A DNA stretch of 50,499 nucleotides from Paraglaciecola arctica (GCA_003232445.1 QIJM01000245.1:1-50499), one strand, 5' to 3'; counted from the stretch's first letter, positions 1 to 10,802 are shown. Notes: generated from the letters alone by a model not told the origin. Numbers and translations: made by a program.

Positions 1-72
1 GAAGGTCAAATAGCCTTGTTCTTTACCTTTAGCAATGAGGAGTTTTATCTGCGACTGCTTGCTTTGCACCAT
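1..72 (-). CDS. rpoD: RNA polymerase sigma factor RpoD, 5' end (runs off window)
   Basis: Hand translation from ATG at 72 gives MVQSKQSQIKLLIAKGKEQGYLTF, matching RpoD region 1.1; lies directly downstream of dnaG as in the rpsU-dnaG-rpoD operon. Confidence 0.93.
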   Translation of the reverse strand, partial: MVQSKQSQIKLLIAKGKEQGYLTF

Positions 73-238
73 ATAACTTACGCTTCTCGAAATTAGTTGA
101 ATATTCATCAAAACCCCTCGCCAGAGAGGATTTACGCTGTCACTTGCTTAATTGACCTAGTAAATACCTTGTATTCACTAGAGTGCTAGCGAATTAGCCA
201 GTATAGCAGACTCACTAAGCATTGGGCTAGATGTTGGG

Positions 239-2005
239 TCATTTTTGTTCTTTTACAAGTAGGTTAAGTTCTTGTTTTTCTGCATCGGTTAATTTGCTAA
301 CCCTCGACTTGGAAAACAACTCATCCATACGGCTTTGTAAATGCCAATCTAGTAGCTTGGCAAAGCTATCTTTAAACACTGCAGATAGGTTTTGTTCAGG
401 GTATTCCCAGATCATTAATTTAGCTAACTGAGCACTTTGTGGGTGATTGCGAAAATGCTCTAAGACTTGTGCTGTATTCGCCTGCGGCTTGTTTAAACAA
501 AACTGATAAAGCTCAATTAACATCGTTATGCCTGGGATATCAACTGACACTAAAGGAGTGGGATCAGCGGCCTGACATTTTGCCGCTAAACTAGGATCAT
601 CTAATAACAATCTAATCATCATGCGTACGGGTGATATTGTGCTCTTATTGGGTGTATTGAAGTCTATTTTTTTTGGGTTTTTTCGTTGATTTGCCTGAGC
701 GATATCACGCTCTAACTTATGTTTGTTTTGGTCGCCCATATGATTGCTTAAATCAGACAATAAAATTTCCCGAATATTATCGCCGACTATTTGTTCAATT
801 AGCGGTACTGCTTCGGCTTTTAACGCTGCTTTGCCTTCAATGCTGCCTACGTGATGACGTTGTAATAAGTTATCAAAAAAGAACTTAGACAAAGGAACTG
901 CATCGTTTTTTAGGTTTTCTTCAAAGGTTTCTTTGCCAATTTTACGGACTAAACTGTCGGGATCTTCGCCATCGGGTAAAAACAGGAACTTCATCTCCAC
1001 CCCATCTTTAAGAAAAGGCAGGGCGTTTTCTAAGGCGCGCCAAGCGGCTTCTCTGCCTGCACGGTCACCATCGTAACAACACACTACTTCACGGGTGGCG
1101 CGAAATAACATTTGAATATGTTCTGGTGTGGTGGCGGTGCCTAGGGATGCAACGGCATAGTCGATACCAAATTGCCCAAGAGCGACAACATCCATATAAC
1201 CTTCGACTATCATGACTCGGGTTAAATTTCGATGAGCTTGTTTGGTTTGATAGAAGCCATATAATTCATGACCTTTATGAAATATACGGGTTTCGGGTGA
1301 GTTCAGATATTTGGGGCCGCCATCTTCTAATACTCTGCCACCAAAACCAATAACACGCCCACGTTTGTCACGAATGGGGAACATAATACGATCGCGGAAA
1401 AAGTCGAATCGTCTTCTGTTGTCATTTTCGGTGATAAGTTTTAAGTCAAGTAACTGCTCTTGATATACAGGGCTTACACCGAAGGTCTTAAGTACTGAAT
1501 CCCATTCGGGAGGGGCATAACCCATATCAAAGGCTTTGACTATTTCGCCACTGAGCCCACGATTTTTTAGGTAATTGATTGCTTTATCTTTGTCAGGATG
1601 CACTCTGAGTTGTTGAGCAAAGTATTTAGCTACTTTTTCCATTAACTCATAATCGTTTTCTTTTTGTTGTTTTTGCTCCGCTGACGGGGGAGGGGCACCG
1701 CCTTTTTCTCGTGGCACCTCGATACTATGATATTGTGCCAGTTCTTCGATGGCTTCTGGAAATTCTAGCCGGTCAAATTCCATCAAAAATGAAATGACAT
1801 TGCCATGAGCACCACAGCCAAAGCAGTGATAAAACTGTTTGTCTTGGCTAACGGTGAAAGAAGGACTTTTTTCATCGTGAAAAGGGCAGCAAGCTTGATG
1901 ATTACGACCGGCTTTTTTAAGGCGGACACGACTGTCAATCAGTTCAATTATGTCTGTGCGAGCAATAATGTCATCAATAAACTCGCGGGGGATACGACCA
2001 GACAT
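239..2005 (-). CDS. dnaG: DNA primase
   Basis: CHC2 zinc finger (CPFHDEKSPSF...CFGC), KYLNSPET, TOPRIM motifs VEGYMDV and YDGDRAG. Confidence 0.98.
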   Translation of the reverse strand: MSGRIPREFIDDIIARTDIIELIDSRVRLKKAGRNHQACCPFHDEKSPSFTVSQDKQFYHCFGCGAHGNVISFLMEFDRLEFPEAIEELAQYHSIEVPREKGGAPPPSAEQKQQKENDYELMEKVAKYFAQQLRVHPDKDKAINYLKNRGLSGEIVKAFDMGYAPPEWDSVLKTFGVSPVYQEQLLDLKLITENDNRRRFDFFRDRIMFPIRDKRGRVIGFGGRVLEDGGPKYLNSPETRIFHKGHELYGFYQTKQAHRNLTRVMIVEGYMDVVALGQFGIDYAVASLGTATTPEHIQMLFRATREVVCCYDGDRAGREAAWRALENALPFLKDGVEMKFLFLPDGEDPDSLVRKIGKETFEENLKNDAVPLSKFFFDNLLQRHHVGSIEGKAALKAEAVPLIEQIVGDNIREILLSDLSNHMGDQNKHKLERDIAQANQRKNPKKIDFNTPNKSTISPVRMMIRLLLDDPSLAAKCQAADPTPLVSVDIPGITMLIELYQFCLNKPQANTAQVLEHFRNHPQSAQLAKLMIWEYPEQNLSAVFKDSFAKLLDWHLQSRMDELFSKSRVSKLTDAEKQELNLLVKEQK

Positions 2006-2130
2006 TATACCTTCTCAATTAACAACAACGGATGAATATAATGCCATATAGTTTGGAACATTTAAGCTTTATACCCACATGCCACCTCAAATGTCTGAAA
2101 CGTGCATTTCTAGGGGGTATATGTACTTAA

Positions 2131-2159
2131 ATAAACAAACCGCATCGAAGTGCGGTTGG
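2131..2159 (-). terminator. Intrinsic terminator between yqeY and dnaG
   Basis: Minus strand AACCGCA-cttcga-TGCGGTT followed by T-rich tract; position matches the known internal terminator upstream of dnaG. Confidence 0.6.
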
Positions 2160-2162
2160 TAA

Positions 2163-2190
2163 AATATTGAACTATAATATTGAACTATAA
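2163..2190. repeat. 13-bp tandem duplication AATATTGAACTAT x2
   Basis: Read directly: aatattgaactat aatattgaactat aa. Confidence 0.85.
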
Positions 2191-2200
2191 GTGGGATTTT

Positions 2201-2674
2201 CTAAGAATTAAGTCTGGCTTTTATTTTGCCACTTAATTGCCCCATATCAGCACGGCCTTGGACTTTAGGTTTCAGCCAAGACATGACTTTACCCATATCC
2301 TGCATACCCGATGCAGCTGATTCTGCCATCGCTTGTACAATCAACGCATCAAGCTCTTCTTCGCTAAGAGCTTTGGGCAGGAAATCATGCAAAATAACAA
2401 TTTCTGTTAGTTCGATATCAAGTAAATCTTGACGACCCGCAGTCTCATATTGACTTGCTGCATCCTTTCGCTGTTTTACCATCTTGATTAATATCGCAAG
2501 GATACCATCGTCATTGAGAGCAATATAATCGGGATCGGTACGCCCATCGATTTCATGTTGCTTTACGGCAGACAAAGCCATGCGAATAGTGCCAAGACGA
2601 ATTTTGTCTCTAGCACGCATGGCATCTTTTTGTGCATTTTTTAAATCATCTAATAAAGACATGGAGTGACTCAA
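2201..2674 (-). CDS. GatB/YqeY domain protein
   Basis: KQRKDAASQYETAGRQDL, MQDMGKVM...GRADMG; typical position after rpsU; start may be the ATG at 2662. Confidence 0.93.
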   Translation of the reverse strand: MSHSMSLLDDLKNAQKDAMRARDKIRLGTIRMALSAVKQHEIDGRTDPDYIALNDDGILAILIKMVKQRKDAASQYETAGRQDLLDIELTEIVILHDFLPKALSEEELDALIVQAMAESAASGMQDMGKVMSWLKPKVQGRADMGQLSGKIKARLNS

Positions 2675-2710
2675 TGAAAACGGAAAAAGGATATGTGATA
2701 AAACGACTTA

Positions 2711-2734
2711 AAGCGCGTTATAAATAACGCGTTT
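2711..2734 (-). terminator. Hairpin after rpsU (possible terminator or stabiliser)
   Basis: Inverted repeat aagcgcgtta-taaa-taacgcgttt just past the rpsU stop. Confidence 0.45.
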
Positions 2735-2744
2735 CAGAAGAGAT

Positions 2745-2960
2745 TTAGTATAATCTGATGCGACGAGCGTTTTCGCGAGATAACTTCTTCAAAAGACGTT
2801 TCTTAGCGGCAGCTTTTTTACGTTTACGTTCCCAAGTAGGCTTTTCAAAATATTCGCGACGACGAACTTCAGAAAGTACACCTGCTTTTTCACATGAACG
2901 TTTAAAACGACGCAATGCAACATCAAAAGGTTCGTTCTCTCTTACTTTAACGATTGGCAT
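2745..2960 (-). CDS. rpsU: 30S ribosomal protein S21
   Basis: [27 protein letters not shown], nearly identical to canonical S21. Confidence 0.99.
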   Translation of the reverse strand: MPIVKVRENEPFDVALRRFKRSCEKAGVLSEVRRREYFEKPTWERKRKKAAAKKRLLKKLSRENARRIRLY

Positions 2961-3180
2961 TAAACTCTTACCTCAAAAAATAAAAACTATATCGTGCCGG
3001 CGCAATGAATCGCCAGCTCGGTTAAAAATGGTGCGGAATTCTAATCATATCCCTAAGGGATGTAAAGTCTTGATAGGCTAAAAACCTGATTAATTCAAAC
3101 AAATGTCATATTAAATTGGAGGTTTGACTGCTAATCAGTAGAATGCCGGCAGTTTAAAACATTTTTGTTAGAAATTGAAT

Positions 3181-4194
3181 ATGCGTGTATTAGGTATTGA
3201 AACCTCTTGTGATGAGACAGGTGTGGCGATTTATGATGAGCAACAAGGGTTGTTGGCCCACCAATTATATAGCCAAGTGAAACTACATGCTGATTATGGT
3301 GGTGTGGTGCCCGAGCTTGCTTCTAGAGATCATGTACGCAAACTAGTGCCATTAATAAAGGCATCTTTGCAAGAGGCTAATTGTAGTGCCAAAGACATCG
3401 ATGGTATCGCTTTCACCAAAGGCCCAGGGTTAGTCGGGGCTTTGTTAGTGGGCTCATCAGTAGCGCGCAGCTTGGCTTATGCTTGGCATAAACCTGCCGT
3501 TGGCGTGCACCATATGGAAGGGCATTTGCTTGCTCCTATGTTAGATGACCCCGCACCTGAATTTCCTTTTGTTGCACTTTTGGTTTCAGGTGGACATTCG
3601 ATGATGGTGAAAGTAGAAGGTATCGGTCAATACGAAGTATTAGGTGAATCGGTAGACGATGCTGCGGGAGAAGCCTTCGACAAAACGGCTAAGTTACTTG
3701 GGCTAGATTATCCCGGAGGCCCTCTACTGGCTAAATTAGCTGAAAAGGGTGAGGCAGGGCATTATAAATTTCCACGCCCCATGACCACTAAACCTGGCTT
3801 AGATTTTAGTTTCAGTGGTTTAAAAACCTTCGCCGCTAATACCATTCGAGCATCAGATGGCTCAGATCAAACACGGGCAAACATTGCCTATGCTTTCCAA
3901 GAAGCCGTAGTCGATACCTTAGCCATTAAATGCAAACGCGCTTTAAAACACACTCACTTAAAACGTTTGGTCATTGCGGGTGGTGTGAGCGCTAATAAAC
4001 AGTTACGTGAAGATTTTGCTGGCATGATGAAGTCACTCAAAGGTGAAGTGTTTTATCCTAGGTTGGAATTCTGTACTGACAACGGCGCTATGATCGCCTA
4101 TGCAGGGTTACAGCGACTTAAAGCGGGTGAAATAGAAGGTTTGTCTACCAAGGCTAGGCCTCGCTGGTCGCTGGAAGAATTAGACGCTATTTAG
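3181..4194 (+). CDS. tsaD: tRNA N6-adenosine threonylcarbamoyltransferase TsaD
   Basis: [29 protein letters not shown]; divergent from rpsU. Confidence 0.98.
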   Translation: MRVLGIETSCDETGVAIYDEQQGLLAHQLYSQVKLHADYGGVVPELASRDHVRKLVPLIKASLQEANCSAKDIDGIAFTKGPGLVGALLVGSSVARSLAYAWHKPAVGVHHMEGHLLAPMLDDPAPEFPFVALLVSGGHSMMVKVEGIGQYEVLGESVDDAAGEAFDKTAKLLGLDYPGGPLLAKLAEKGEAGHYKFPRPMTTKPGLDFSFSGLKTFAANTIRASDGSDQTRANIAYAFQEAVVDTLAIKCKRALKHTHLKRLVIAGGVSANKQLREDFAGMMKSLKGEVFYPRLEFCTDNGAMIAYAGLQRLKAGEIEGLSTKARPRWSLEELDAI

Positions 4195-4231
4195 ATAAAA
4201 GTTAACCCTTAGCCCAGGTATGTTTTTATTG

Positions 4232-4828
4232 TTAGTGGTCGTTTTTTCTCGCTATTTTTTGTTCTTGTCCTTTTAATAGCCGAACAATATTGTCTTTATG
4301 GCGGAGCACAATTAATACGCTTAATATTATGACGGGTATCGTATAGTCGGGTTTTACCAACCAAGTAAATAAAGGGGCTAGGCTGACTGATATAATCGCA
4401 GCTAAGGATGAATAATTGCTTATTCTTGCGACTAAACCCCAAGTCAAGATTAGCATTACCGCTAAGTCTAAACCTAAAGGTAAAATAGCTCCGAGTGCTG
4501 TGGCGACTGCCTTACCACCAGAAAAATCAAAAAACAGAGGAAACATGTGGCCTATACAGGCAAAAACCGCCACAAATGCCAAATAAACAGGCTCTAGGCC
4601 AAAATAATAACTGCCCCACACTGGAATAGTACCTTTTAATACATCGAATACTAAAACCAACGCCGCCGGAAATTTTCCGCCTATGCGCAACACATTAGTG
4701 GCTCCAGGGTTGCCTGAACCTTGATCTCTGGGATCGCCTAAGCTGAACAACCGGCATACTAAAACTGCACTGGAAATAGAACCCAGTAAATAGGCCGAAG
4801 CAAAGATTAATATAGTTAGTGCTGTCAT
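4232..4828 (-). CDS. plsY: Glycerol-3-phosphate acyltransferase PlsY
   Basis: [25 protein letters not shown] motifs; hydrophobic. Confidence 0.96.
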   Translation of the reverse strand: MTALTILIFASAYLLGSISSAVLVCRLFSLGDPRDQGSGNPGATNVLRIGGKFPAALVLVFDVLKGTIPVWGSYYFGLEPVYLAFVAVFACIGHMFPLFFDFSGGKAVATALGAILPLGLDLAVMLILTWGLVARISNYSSLAAIISVSLAPLFTWLVKPDYTIPVIILSVLIVLRHKDNIVRLLKGQEQKIARKNDH

Positions 4829-4903
4829 GTACTTGTATTAAAAGAATGAGTTACAATTTAGCAGAATATACCAAACTCCCATAAAATGCAGCGCGGATCA
4901 CCA

Positions 4904-5263
4904 ATGGATAAAATTCATATTGAAGGGCTTGAGGTCTTAACGTTGATTGGCGTATATGACTGGGAAAGAAAACATCAACAACGATTAATAGTTGATGTTG
5001 AACTTAGTGCTGACCTTTCTTTGGCGGCGCAAACAGACGATGTAGACAATACGCTAAATTATGCTCTGATAGCTCAAGGCATAAGCGACTTTGCTGCAAA
5101 AAGCCAATATAAACTGATTGAAGCCTTGGCAAGCCATATGGTTGACTGGTTGCTACAGTCCTTTCCTATGCTTAAAGTAGTGCGCCTCAAGTTGAGTAAG
5201 CCCGATATTCTGGCGAATGCTAAAAATGTCGCGGTAGAATTTACTAAGGAGCAAACTCTTTGA
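4904..5263 (+). CDS. folB: Dihydroneopterin aldolase
   Basis: MDKIHIEGL..IGVYDWE, TLNY, LIEALA, KP; synteny with plsY and folK. Confidence 0.94.
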   Translation: MDKIHIEGLEVLTLIGVYDWERKHQQRLIVDVELSADLSLAAQTDDVDNTLNYALIAQGISDFAAKSQYKLIEALASHMVDWLLQSFPMLKVVRLKLSKPDILANAKNVAVEFTKEQTL

Positions 5264-5781
5264 GTATTGACACCGAGCAGTCACATATTATCTATATAAG
5301 TGTCGGTAGCAATGTAGATAAAGAGAAACATACAAAAGCTGGATTACAAGGGATGTATCAGGCATTTGGTGAGTTGACTCTTTCCTCTGTTTTTGAAAGT
5401 GAATCTGTGGGATTTGAAGGCAGCAACTTTTACAATTTAGTGATTAAGGCTAGTACTAGCTTGTCCATTGCAGAGGTATGCTGTGCTCTTAAACAAATAG
5501 AACAAGACAACAAACGTCAGCGTGATGAACAAAAATTTTCTCCGAGAACACTAGATTTGGACTTGCTGCTATACGATCACCAGGTGACGACTCAGCCAAT
5601 AGCATTACCTCGCCCAGAGGTACTTTATAATGCATTTGTGTTAAAACCCTTAGCCGAAATTGCCGCTGATGACGTCCATCCTGTAGTGAACAAAAGTTAC
5701 GCCAACCTTTGGCAGACATATGATAAAAGCCAACAGAAACTGTGGGCGATTAAATTTGAATGGAGTCCAATCAACATATGA
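5260..5781 (+). CDS. folK: 2-amino-4-hydroxy-6-hydroxymethyldihydropteridine diphosphokinase
   Basis: ISVGSN, FYNLV, PRTLDLDLL, FVLKPLAEI. Confidence 0.95.
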   Translation: MSIDTEQSHIIYISVGSNVDKEKHTKAGLQGMYQAFGELTLSSVFESESVGFEGSNFYNLVIKASTSLSIAEVCCALKQIEQDNKRQRDEQKFSPRTLDLDLLLYDHQVTTQPIALPRPEVLYNAFVLKPLAEIAADDVHPVVNKSYANLWQTYDKSQQKLWAIKFEWSPINI

Positions 5782-6578
5782 CATTATTTGAAATTATTAT
5801 CTTGGCGATCATTCAAGGATTGACTGAATTTTTACCTATATCTAGTTCAGCTCACTTAATTTTACCTTCTGAGGTATTGGGTTGGAATGATCAAGGTCTA
5901 GCTTACGATGTGGCCGTACATGTGGGCAGTTTGCTAGCTGTGATGATCTATTTCCGTAGGGATATTATACGCTTAACCGGTGCTTGGTTCCGTTATGGGT
6001 TGAGCCAAAACCAAATACAGGACAGTCGTTTAGCTTGGTGGATTATTATTGGCAGCATTCCCGCGGTGATGTTTGGGTTTGCCTTTAAGGATCTTATAGA
6101 AATATACGCCCGTTCAGCCTTAGTCATTGCTATTACGACTATTGTTTTTGGTTTACTGCTTTGGTATGCGGATAACAAAGCTACTCAGGTTAAAACTGTG
6201 CATCAGATTACTTGGAAAAATGTGGTTTTTATTGGTCTTGCACAGGCCATCGCTATTATTCCTGGTACGTCACGCTCAGGTATCACTATGACAGCTGGAT
6301 TGATGATTGGTTTAGATAGAGAAAGTGCTGCGCGCTTTTCATTTTTATTGTCTATACCTGTGATACTAGGTGCGGGGCTATTTGCTACCTATGACTTAGT
6401 GCAAACCCCCAATGCTATTGATTGGAATGCCTTGTTGTTTGGTGCTGTATTTTCATTCGTCAGTGCCTATGCTTGTATTTATTTGTTTTTAGCGTGGATC
6501 TCCAAAATTGGCATGTTGCCATTTGTGATCTATAGATTGATTCTAGGTGTCGCACTATTACTGTTTGTATTTATTTAG
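5778..6578 (+). CDS. uppP: Undecaprenyl-diphosphate phosphatase (BacA)
   Basis: QGLTEFLPISSSAHL, PGTSRSGIT, ARFSFLL; ATGA overlap with folK. Confidence 0.96.
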   Translation: MTLFEIIILAIIQGLTEFLPISSSAHLILPSEVLGWNDQGLAYDVAVHVGSLLAVMIYFRRDIIRLTGAWFRYGLSQNQIQDSRLAWWIIIGSIPAVMFGFAFKDLIEIYARSALVIAITTIVFGLLLWYADNKATQVKTVHQITWKNVVFIGLAQAIAIIPGTSRSGITMTAGLMIGLDRESAARFSFLLSIPVILGAGLFATYDLVQTPNAIDWNALLFGAVFSFVSAYACIYLFLAWISKIGMLPFVIYRLILGVALLLFVFI

Positions 6579-6591
6579 GAAGGAAGAAACG

Positions 6592-6939
6592 ATGAGCCAA
6601 ACTATTTTCACCAAAATAATCAATAGAGAAATTCCTGCTGAGATCCTTTATGAAGATGAATTAGCTTTGGCGTTCAGCGATATTAATCCACAAGCACCCA
6701 TACATTTTTTGGTTATCCCCAAAAAACCGATCACCACTATTAATGATATTGAACAAGAAGATAAAGCCTTAGTCGGTCATTTGTATTGGGTGGCAGCACA
6801 ATTAGCTGAAAAACAGGGTTTCGCTCAAGATGGTTATAGAGCTGTGATGAACTGCAACAAAAACGGTGGGCAAACTGTGTATCACATTCATTTGCACGTA
6901 TTAGCAGGCAAAGCCATGGGTTGGCCGCCTTATCAATAA
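6592..6939 (+). CDS. hinT: HIT family purine nucleoside phosphoramidase
   Basis: TIFTKII, DINPQAP, GQTVYHIHLHVL histidine triad, GWPP; AGGAAG RBS before ATG 6592. Confidence 0.9.
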   Translation: MSQTIFTKIINREIPAEILYEDELALAFSDINPQAPIHFLVIPKKPITTINDIEQEDKALVGHLYWVAAQLAEKQGFAQDGYRAVMNCNKNGGQTVYHIHLHVLAGKAMGWPPYQ

Positions 6940-6948
6940 AGGTTAAAG

Positions 6949-8892
6949 TCAGCTTGAATGGTGATTAATATAGCTTTTGACTTTGCTTAGTTCGAGTGGC
7001 TTAGCAAAGTAATAACCTTGTAACATTTCAATCCCTAATTCCGAAAGGATCTCTGCTTGCTGTTGGGTTTCTATACCTTCAGCAATCATATCGTAATTGA
7101 GAGTCGAAGCCATCTGTTTGACCGCTTTGATGATCGCCATACCGTTTGTATTGAGTTTATTAATAAATGAGCGATCGATCTTTATGGTATCGGCCGCTAA
7201 GTCTTGGATCACTGAAAGCGATGAATATTCAGTACCAAAGTCATCTATCGACACCTTAATTCCCATGGATTGTAGCTCTTTGATCCGGTGAAACATCGTT
7301 TCTTTATCGTTGGAAAAAATTGACTCGGTAATTTCTATGGTGAGCTTTTCAGCATCAAGTTGCGCAGCTCCTAATGCTGACTCGACAAATTCAATAAAGT
7401 TTGAATTGTGTAATTGCAAAACCGATACATTAACACTGACCGAAGGTTGGTTATTTTTACAGGCATCAAGCCACTCAGCCGCAGCAATGCAGGATTGTTG
7501 TAATACCCAATTACCAATTGAATTAATTAAACCATATTGCTCGGCAATGCTAATAAATTCATCAGGGGGGACATTTTCTCCATCGAAATCCCATCTTAGT
7601 AAAGCTTCAAAGGCAACCACTTGATGGGATACAGACTGAACTATCGGTTGATAAACCATACGAAGTTGTTGTTTATCGATGGCCTCTGCTAGTCCTATTT
7701 TCAACTTCTGTTCGCGAAACAAGCGTTGTCTCATTTCTTTGTTAAATAAGCCAACTGAGCGTGGAGAGCTTTTTTTCTGATAATACATGGCAGTATCAGC
7801 CAGTTGAATGAGCTCATCAGCCTTGGTGCTATGTTTTGGATAAAGAGCAATGCCAACTGTTGCACCTATGGACAGTCTATTGCTCTCAAAGTCGTAATAT
7901 TCTGAAATTTTATTAATGATCGTATTTGCATAGTTAACTGCCATATCTTGGTCTGCGCCCATAAAAGTAATCAAAAATTCATCACCTCCCCAGCGGCATA
8001 ACAAGTGTTGTTCATCGCGAAACTGCTCTAATCGTTTCGCTGTTTGTTTGAGTACTTTGTCTCCTGTTTCATGGCCTAACGTATCGTTAATTTTTTTAAA
8101 ACCATCTAAATCGATGAACAACAGAGCAATAGGGATACCATTTTTTTCACTCAATTTTAGTTGTTCTTGTAGGTGATGCATAAATGCTGAGCGATTGAAT
8201 AAGCCAGTGAGAGGATCAAGGTTAGATAACTGATAAATTTTCGCCGTTCGCTGGGCGACCTTTTGTTCCATTTGATTAACCAGCAGCGCATTTTCATTTT
8301 TGAGTCGAATGGCATTCCGTGTAAAATCTGCAGATTTTTTTGCTGTAATCATCATTACTACACTAAATGCAAGGCCTAAGAGGCCAAGGATCTGCTGATA
8401 CTGTTCAAAAGACAGTAACATCCCAATTGAAAATGGGCCTAACATAATGAGTGCATAACTCATTGCGGTAAACCTATGTGCGGCTAACACAGTTGCTGCT
8501 CCCCCCGCTAAGGCCGACACTACAATGATCATACATGCGAGCTCAGTGCTGTTGGCATAACTAAATACATATAGGCAGTAGGCACACCACATAATACCGG
8601 AGATGAGTGCACCAGAAATAAATCGCATGACTGCTTTTTTTCCATCACAATCTTGGTCTTTGTCACGCCTATCCCAGCGATAAACGTCAATCATTCTAAC
8701 CAGCATGAGTAAAGACATGCCAGCCCACCAAATGTATTTTTGTACTTGTATTTCAACAGTATTGAAGCCAAAAACCAGAAGGCTAGACGCGAATAGAGTC
8801 ACCAAAATTCCCGCTTTGGCGTTTCCATAAAGCAGATCTGCACTATCCTGATGGTAGTAGGCTGCTTGTTGCGGGGGATCCTCGGCTATCAA
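6949..8892 (-). CDS. Membrane-anchored GGDEF-EAL c-di-GMP enzyme
   Basis: About 6 N-terminal TM segments, DPLTGL, RWGGDEF, FEALLRW, DDFGTEYSSL, QGYYFAKP. Confidence 0.92.
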   Translation of the reverse strand: MIAEDPPQQAAYYHQDSADLLYGNAKAGILVTLFASSLLVFGFNTVEIQVQKYIWWAGMSLLMLVRMIDVYRWDRRDKDQDCDGKKAVMRFISGALISGIMWCAYCLYVFSYANSTELACMIIVVSALAGGAATVLAAHRFTAMSYALIMLGPFSIGMLLSFEQYQQILGLLGLAFSVVMMITAKKSADFTRNAIRLKNENALLVNQMEQKVAQRTAKIYQLSNLDPLTGLFNRSAFMHHLQEQLKLSEKNGIPIALLFIDLDGFKKINDTLGHETGDKVLKQTAKRLEQFRDEQHLLCRWGGDEFLITFMGADQDMAVNYANTIINKISEYYDFESNRLSIGATVGIALYPKHSTKADELIQLADTAMYYQKKSSPRSVGLFNKEMRQRLFREQKLKIGLAEAIDKQQLRMVYQPIVQSVSHQVVAFEALLRWDFDGENVPPDEFISIAEQYGLINSIGNWVLQQSCIAAAEWLDACKNNQPSVSVNVSVLQLHNSNFIEFVESALGAAQLDAEKLTIEITESIFSNDKETMFHRIKELQSMGIKVSIDDFGTEYSSLSVIQDLAADTIKIDRSFINKLNTNGMAIIKAVKQMASTLNYDMIAEGIETQQQAEILSELGIEMLQGYYFAKPLELSKVKSYINHHSS

Positions 8893-8946
8893 ATAGTGAC
8901 TCCTAGTCGGACAATTTTATTGTCGAGTGAAAGCATTATGATTACC

Positions 8947-10653
8947 TTAATTTAAACCCAAAATGTTCACACCTTGTTTAAAGTCTATATCTACCGGAAT
9001 ATCAGCTGCGGTTAATTTATCTAAGTCTTGCTGCAATTGTGCTTTGATAACACCTTTATCTGCGACTAACTTCGCAACACCGGCATAATCTCCATCACCT
9101 TGTAAGGTCAGTATTTTATTTGATAACGCATCAATAGCGTTGCCCATTTTTTGCATGTCTACTCGATACAAACCGTCTTCATTACGGCTAAACGCTTGGT
9201 ACTCTTGAAAAAAGTTAAACCTGATCATATTGGCTTTACCGTGTGCGCTGGATGCCCCAAAACGAACGGAACGAAAGATACCGGTCATGAAAGTGACGTA
9301 ATAATCTTCTAACATGCCTTCATCAATGACACCTTTGGCTAATAACTGTTGGATCATATAAAGCCCTAAAATATCGGCTTTACCTTCTTCTAAGGCTGAC
9401 GCGTGTTCTTTCAGGGATTGTCTGACTGTTTGTTCACTGCCTAATACTGTTTTGATGCCAAGACCATGGGCAACTTCATGAAACATAGTGTTGGCGAAAA
9501 AAGCGTTAAAGGTAATGTGTTGGCGTTGTTCAGGCACAATCAATTGCTTAGAAATGGGCAGTAATATGTTATCGAATTTGGCTTGCATGGCATTTTTGAG
9601 TTGTAACCTGCGCGTGCCTTTTTTGAGTTGTACTTGTTCGTCGTTAGGCAAGTTGATGGCAATTGTTTTACTACCCGCGTTGGAATGACCTGCGTAATAA
9701 ATCACATCGTAAGCATTTAAGTCAGCATTTGCGCCGGGCATTTGAGCTTTGTATTTTGCCTCAACGGGCAAGCCTTTTTGTAGCTCAGGTAAGAAAGAGG
9801 CATATTTACTGAGTCGTTCGCTCCAAGCCAAGTCCTTTAACAATACATAAGACTCAAATGCTGCCCGATAACCAAACAACTGATCCTCATATGTCTCAAT
9901 GGGACCATAAATCAATTCGATAGGGTTGGTCTTCATATCCATCCACGCATAGTCAGAAGGTTGGTAATTGTTGGTTAACAAAGCTTCAGCGCGTAAGTTG
10001 AGATAAGCCGCAAAACTTTTATCCTCTGCTAAAGTGGCTGCCTTTGTTAACAGTTGTGAAGCTTCTTTTAGTTCATCGGCAAAGTAAGTTGAGTAGGGAA
10101 TTGCAATTAACTGACCGTTCTTATCCCTGCGCACCATAGAATATAAACCATCTTTATCTGCAAAGTCGCTGGCTTCAAATTCTGCCTTGGTCATGTCTGC
10201 GGGATAAAATTGTGCGCCTAATAACTTCTCATCTGTATCAGACAAAAAAGCCTGATCACCATTCAACCTGTCCCAAGGGCCATAGTTGATAGCCGCAAAG
10301 TTTTGCACTTTGGGTGTGGTTATTTGAGATAAAAAGGTCTTCTTATCTTGGCCAAAGGCCTGCTGCCAGAATAAGTCGTCCATAATGACAGATGCTTCAA
10401 TCAAAACCGCTAACATTTGTCTCTGGTTGACACTTAAATGACTTATGTCTGCAGATAAGGTGACGGGGAAATAAATATTGAGCCTGTTTTCGTAGTCTCC
10501 AATCAGAGATAGCGCTGCTTTTTTATCAGTGGATATGTCGACGATTTGCTGTATCTGAGTATTGTCATTGGCTGGTTTATTACACGATGAAACCAGTGTC
10601 GAACACACGGCTAATGTTATGGCTGTAACGTATGATTTTGAAAGAATTTTCAC
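8947..10653 (-). CDS. Lipoprotein zinc peptidase, M49/dipeptidyl-peptidase III-like
   Basis: Lipobox-like LVSSC, GPIETYED, HEVAHGLG, LEEGKAD. Confidence 0.8.
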   Translation of the reverse strand: MKILSKSYVTAITLAVCSTLVSSCNKPANDNTQIQQIVDISTDKKAALSLIGDYENRLNIYFPVTLSADISHLSVNQRQMLAVLIEASVIMDDLFWQQAFGQDKKTFLSQITTPKVQNFAAINYGPWDRLNGDQAFLSDTDEKLLGAQFYPADMTKAEFEASDFADKDGLYSMVRRDKNGQLIAIPYSTYFADELKEASQLLTKAATLAEDKSFAAYLNLRAEALLTNNYQPSDYAWMDMKTNPIELIYGPIETYEDQLFGYRAAFESYVLLKDLAWSERLSKYASFLPELQKGLPVEAKYKAQMPGANADLNAYDVIYYAGHSNAGSKTIAINLPNDEQVQLKKGTRRLQLKNAMQAKFDNILLPISKQLIVPEQRQHITFNAFFANTMFHEVAHGLGIKTVLGSEQTVRQSLKEHASALEEGKADILGLYMIQQLLAKGVIDEGMLEDYYVTFMTGIFRSVRFGASSAHGKANMIRFNFFQEYQAFSRNEDGLYRVDMQKMGNAIDALSNKILTLQGDGDYAGVAKLVADKGVIKAQLQQDLDKLTAADIPVDIDFKQGVNILGLN

Positions 10654-10773
10654 TGCCTCACCTTTTTATTGTTGTATTGCACGATATACCCTAATTCAAT
10701 GGAAATATAACAAATTTTTAGCTTCTAATGCGTTTATCACCTCTAGATAGCACAAAAAAGTATGCTAGCATTT

Positions 10774-10802
10774 ACGTATCAGCAGCTTGATTGCTGATAC
10801 GT
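10774..10802 (+). other. 11-bp perfect inverted repeat in the leader upstream of the HDOD gene
   Basis: ACGTATCAGCA-gcttgat-TGCTGATACGT, shortly after a TATGCT -10-like hexamer at 10761. Confidence 0.55.

Noticed and set aside
2758-3081. 107-aa ORF antisense to rpsU and similar short antisense ORFs in the track
   Set aside because: Shadow frames of well-supported genes
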